A stretch of DNA of 64,000 bases from Epiperipatus broadwayi (taxonomy: Eukaryota > Animalia > Onychophora), in the NCBI GenBank assembly GCA_028023455.1, contig JAQFVV010000006.1:11532001-11596000 (forward strand), in the 5' to 3' direction. Below are positions 63,092-64,000 of the stretch, in pieces (positions within the stretch are counted from its first letter, which is position 1; every line of letters begins with the position of its first letter). The notes under the pieces are model-generated. The model saw only the letters and a list, made by a program, of their open reading frames with translations. It was not told the origin of the DNA and searched no databases. The position numbers and the translations under genes are program-made.

Positions 63092-64000
63092 GTAAATGTA
63101 TTTTACTATTTTATTAATCTTATTATTTAGTTAGATTTGAATATTTAGGTTATTTATATATTTGAATACATGTTAATTACTTGTTATTTTTGCACACTAA
63201 TTAAAAAAAAAAAAAAATCAAGACATTAAATAGTACTAATATTTCGATGTATTTTGCACAATGCAAATACAATATTTTATTATTCCAAACATCCAAAAAT
63301 AGCTAAACAGTTTTGACTGTCTTAACAACTTTCTTTAATACATGTATACAATCACAATAAAATTAAACGTAGCAAATAAATTGTTTTTACATATTAAAAA
63401 CTACATTGAAGAGTTAAACTTTCATTTGCTTATGTAATATCAAAACAAAATAATCGTAGCAAATACAAAAATGACAGAGTGAACTCCAAATGATGAAAAC
63501 ATAATTTAAATTTTTTTTTTTTTTTTTCTAAACAAAAATAAGTTTAAAAACTATGAACATTACAGCATAATTGTTAGCCTATTTGGTTGCTGCAGCCATG
63601 GCTTGGGATTTATGTCTGGATTGGGTGAACCTTGTAAATTTTGTTTACATAACAAGCAGGATTATTTTTTTTTCCAGGTAGCTAGCTCATAGTCAATCTA
63701 TCTAGCCATCCAGTTATTGATTAGAAAATAGTTTATAGTTCCTATTATCTAAAAAATAAAAGTCTAAAGTTAATCTAAGTTGATCAGATAAGCATCAGTG
63801 TTGCAGATTGTAAAAAGAAACAATTACAATTTTAATATGTCACAGCCCTCATGTTTCTTGGGAGAGTGCTTTTATCTTCACTCTTTAAATTCAAATATCA
63901 CTTGTGTCAATTTTATAGACAGTTAAATAAATATATATAGTTTCAAAGTGGTATTTGAAATGTTTTATTTAGTAAGTACAGTAGATTTAGGCATTTTAAA

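Noticed and set aside
1-64000. CRISPR arrays, operons or other prokaryotic systems
   Set aside because: No regularly spaced repeat-spacer arrays or dense ORFs; spliceosomal introns and eukaryotic TEs show this is animal nuclear DNA.

Overview
AT-rich, CpG-poor eukaryotic genomic DNA, most likely from an invertebrate (probably an arthropod; inferred from the protein sequence). The only host gene I can support is a neurofibromin (NF1) orthologue on the + strand. Nine GT-AG exons between 31436 and 63091 splice in frame into the NF1 N-terminus. The canonical first coding exon was not found, so 1-31435 is probably a very long first intron. The rest is intronic and packed with transposon debris: RTE-type LINE pieces, hAT and Tigger relics, a solo LTR, several MITE or fold-back elements (one carrying telomere-like repeats) and at least five Penelope-like element (PLE; RT plus GIY-YIG) copies. 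The most striking signal is a hammerhead-ribozyme (HHR) ecosystem of about 14 minimal type I motifs. (1) A non-coding, tandem 374-429 nt retrozyme-like family is inserted three times, each time with a TSD and an inverted tail. (2) A second ~300 nt HHR family is present. (3) A near-complete, divergent PLE at 48108-51052 carries an atypical U3-A8 core HHR in both pseudo-LTRs, and a sister fragment carries an A3-U8 core, i.e. covariation of the catalytic 3-8 pair. (4) A Poseidon-type relic has a tRNA-Leu-like module just before its HHR. All folds and alignments were done by eye; none was computed.
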